Shown: positions 62,465 to 64,000 of the stretch, in pieces | Numbering within the stretch: the first letter of the stretch is position 1 | Layout: the number at the start of each line of letters is the position of its first letter | From: Malacoraja senta | Lineage: Eukaryota | Direction: 5' to 3' | DNA length: 64,000 nt | NCBI GenBank assembly: GCA_038087875.1 | Contig: CM075998.1 | Location: 4,714,001 to 4,778,000, forward strand | Translations under genes and position numbers: made by a program | The notes under the pieces: model-generated | What the model was told of the DNA's origin: nothing | Database searches by the model: none | Seen by the model: only the letters and a program-made list of their open reading frames with translations

Positions 62465-63270
62465 TGGGGACCTGGGGTGGAGGGGATTGCACCGAGGAGT
62501 CCCCTGCAACCTGTTCACAGACTCGCCAGCCGCCTGCCACTGTTGCGGGCTGGAAGAGTCTAGGGCCTGTCCCACTTTCACGACCTAATCCACGACCTCT
62601 GCCGAGTTTGCCCTTGACTCATACTCGCGGTATGGTCGTCACGAGGTCGTAGGTAGGTCGTATGTAGGCCGTGATGCTAGTCGTAGGTACTCGTGGCATC
62701 AAGTAGGTCGGGGCATTTTTTCTAGCCTGATGAAAAATGTCCACGAGTAAAAAAAGGTCGTGAATTAGGTCGTGAAAGTGGGACAGGGCCCTTCTGTGTT
62801 CCACGTGTACATGGAGTGTGTGAGGCTGCAGCCACTGTTTGAATACCTAAAGGGGCTGCTCCTTGCCTTCTGGCTGCACCCCACACCCACCACCCCCATC
62901 TTTGGACACCCTGTGCGTAGGGGAGAGGGGAGGGCCGAGGATGTCCTGGTTGGGTTGCTCCTGGGCCTGGCCAAGCTGGCCATCCACGAGTCACGGCGTC
63001 AGGCGGAAGGGGGCTTTACCCGAGCCGGCTGCTCGCCCCTTTTCCGGGGTTACGTCTGCGCCCGGGTGGTGTTAGAGAGGGAACACTCGCTGTCCACGGG
63101 CACCCTGGGGGATTTCCGGGACCGCTGGGCACCGCGGGGGGGGTGGAGTGTATCCTGGACAAGGATTGTAACATAGTTGTATAGTAGTTCATTTAGTACA
63201 TTAGTTTGTATTGTATTATGGTGGTGGGTTCTGGCTTGTATTTATTGTATTGTAAATATTATTGTCAATA
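62465..63270 (+). mobile_element. Tx1-type (L1 clade) LINE 3' fragment interrupted by a Harbinger MITE (62562-62792, TSD TCT)
   Basis: Removing the MITE restores the CCHC knuckle CHCCGLEESVFHVYMECVRLQPLF, followed by LLLGLAKLAIH. MITE TIR agggcctgtcccactttcacgacctaat. Confidence 0.8.
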
Positions 63271-64000
63271 ACTGGTAACCAGAGACCCAGGTTCGATCCT
63301 GATTACGGGTGCTGTCTGTGCGGAGTTTGTACGTTCTCCCCGTGACCTGCGTGGGTTTTCTCCGGGTGCTCCATGTGTGTGCAAGGGTTCACTGGTCGGT
63401 GCGGACTCGGTGGGCTGAAGGGCCTGTTTCTCCCATGTATCTCTGAACTGAACACAACCAGTAACTTACTGGAACACCCGTGACAGCCTACACAATACCC
63501 ACCTGATCAAAAAATATACTTCTAGTGATTTCGGGACAGGTACGTTGAAAAATCACCAACACTCCTTGTCACAAGTGGTCGGAGCAGAATTGGGGCCATT
63601 CGGCCCATCGAGTTTACTCTGCCGAAGATAGACACAAAAAGCTGGAGTAACTCAGCGGGACTGGCAGCATCATCAAGGACCCACACCATCCTGGCCACAA
63701 CTCATCTCCCGCTACCTTCAGGTAGAAGGTACAGGAGCCTGAAGACTGCAACGACCAGGTTCAGGAATAGCTTCTTCCCCACAGCCATCAGGCTATTAAA
63801 CTTGGCTCGGACAAAACTCTGAACATTAATAGCCCATTATCTGTTATTTGCACTTGATCAGTTTATTTATTCATGTGTGTATATATGTATATAATGGTAT
63901 ATGGACACACTGATCTGTTTTGTAGTCAATGCCTACTATGTTCAGTTGTGCTGAAGCAAAGCAAGAATTTCATTGTCCTATGAGGGACACATGACAATAA

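Overview
Repeat-rich vertebrate genomic DNA. The repeat content (HE1-type V-SINEs, CR1/HER1-like LINEs, Penelope tails, Rex1/Babar) points to a cartilaginous fish, probably a skate or ray. The only host gene I can support is a TNF-receptor-superfamily gene of the TNFRSF14(HVEM)/CD40 type on the + strand, present twice within a ~8.8 kb near-identical duplication (8588-17426 vs 24383-33146). Copy A splices into a complete six-exon, 215-aa ORF (11415-20363): signal peptide, three CRDs, a degenerate fourth CRD, and a short hydrophobic C-terminus with no cytoplasmic tail. This makes it a candidate GPI-anchored decoy receptor. Copy B has exons 1-4 and runs into a 200-N gap. The rest is nested mobile DNA, including a non-autonomous DNA transposon with 7-bp near-palindromic TSDs, hammerhead-like Penelope tails and their fold-back and 66-bp tandem derivatives, Harbinger MITEs, a hAT element, a 5'-inverted Vingi-like insertion and a solo LTR. 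All calls were made by eye and no database searches were run.
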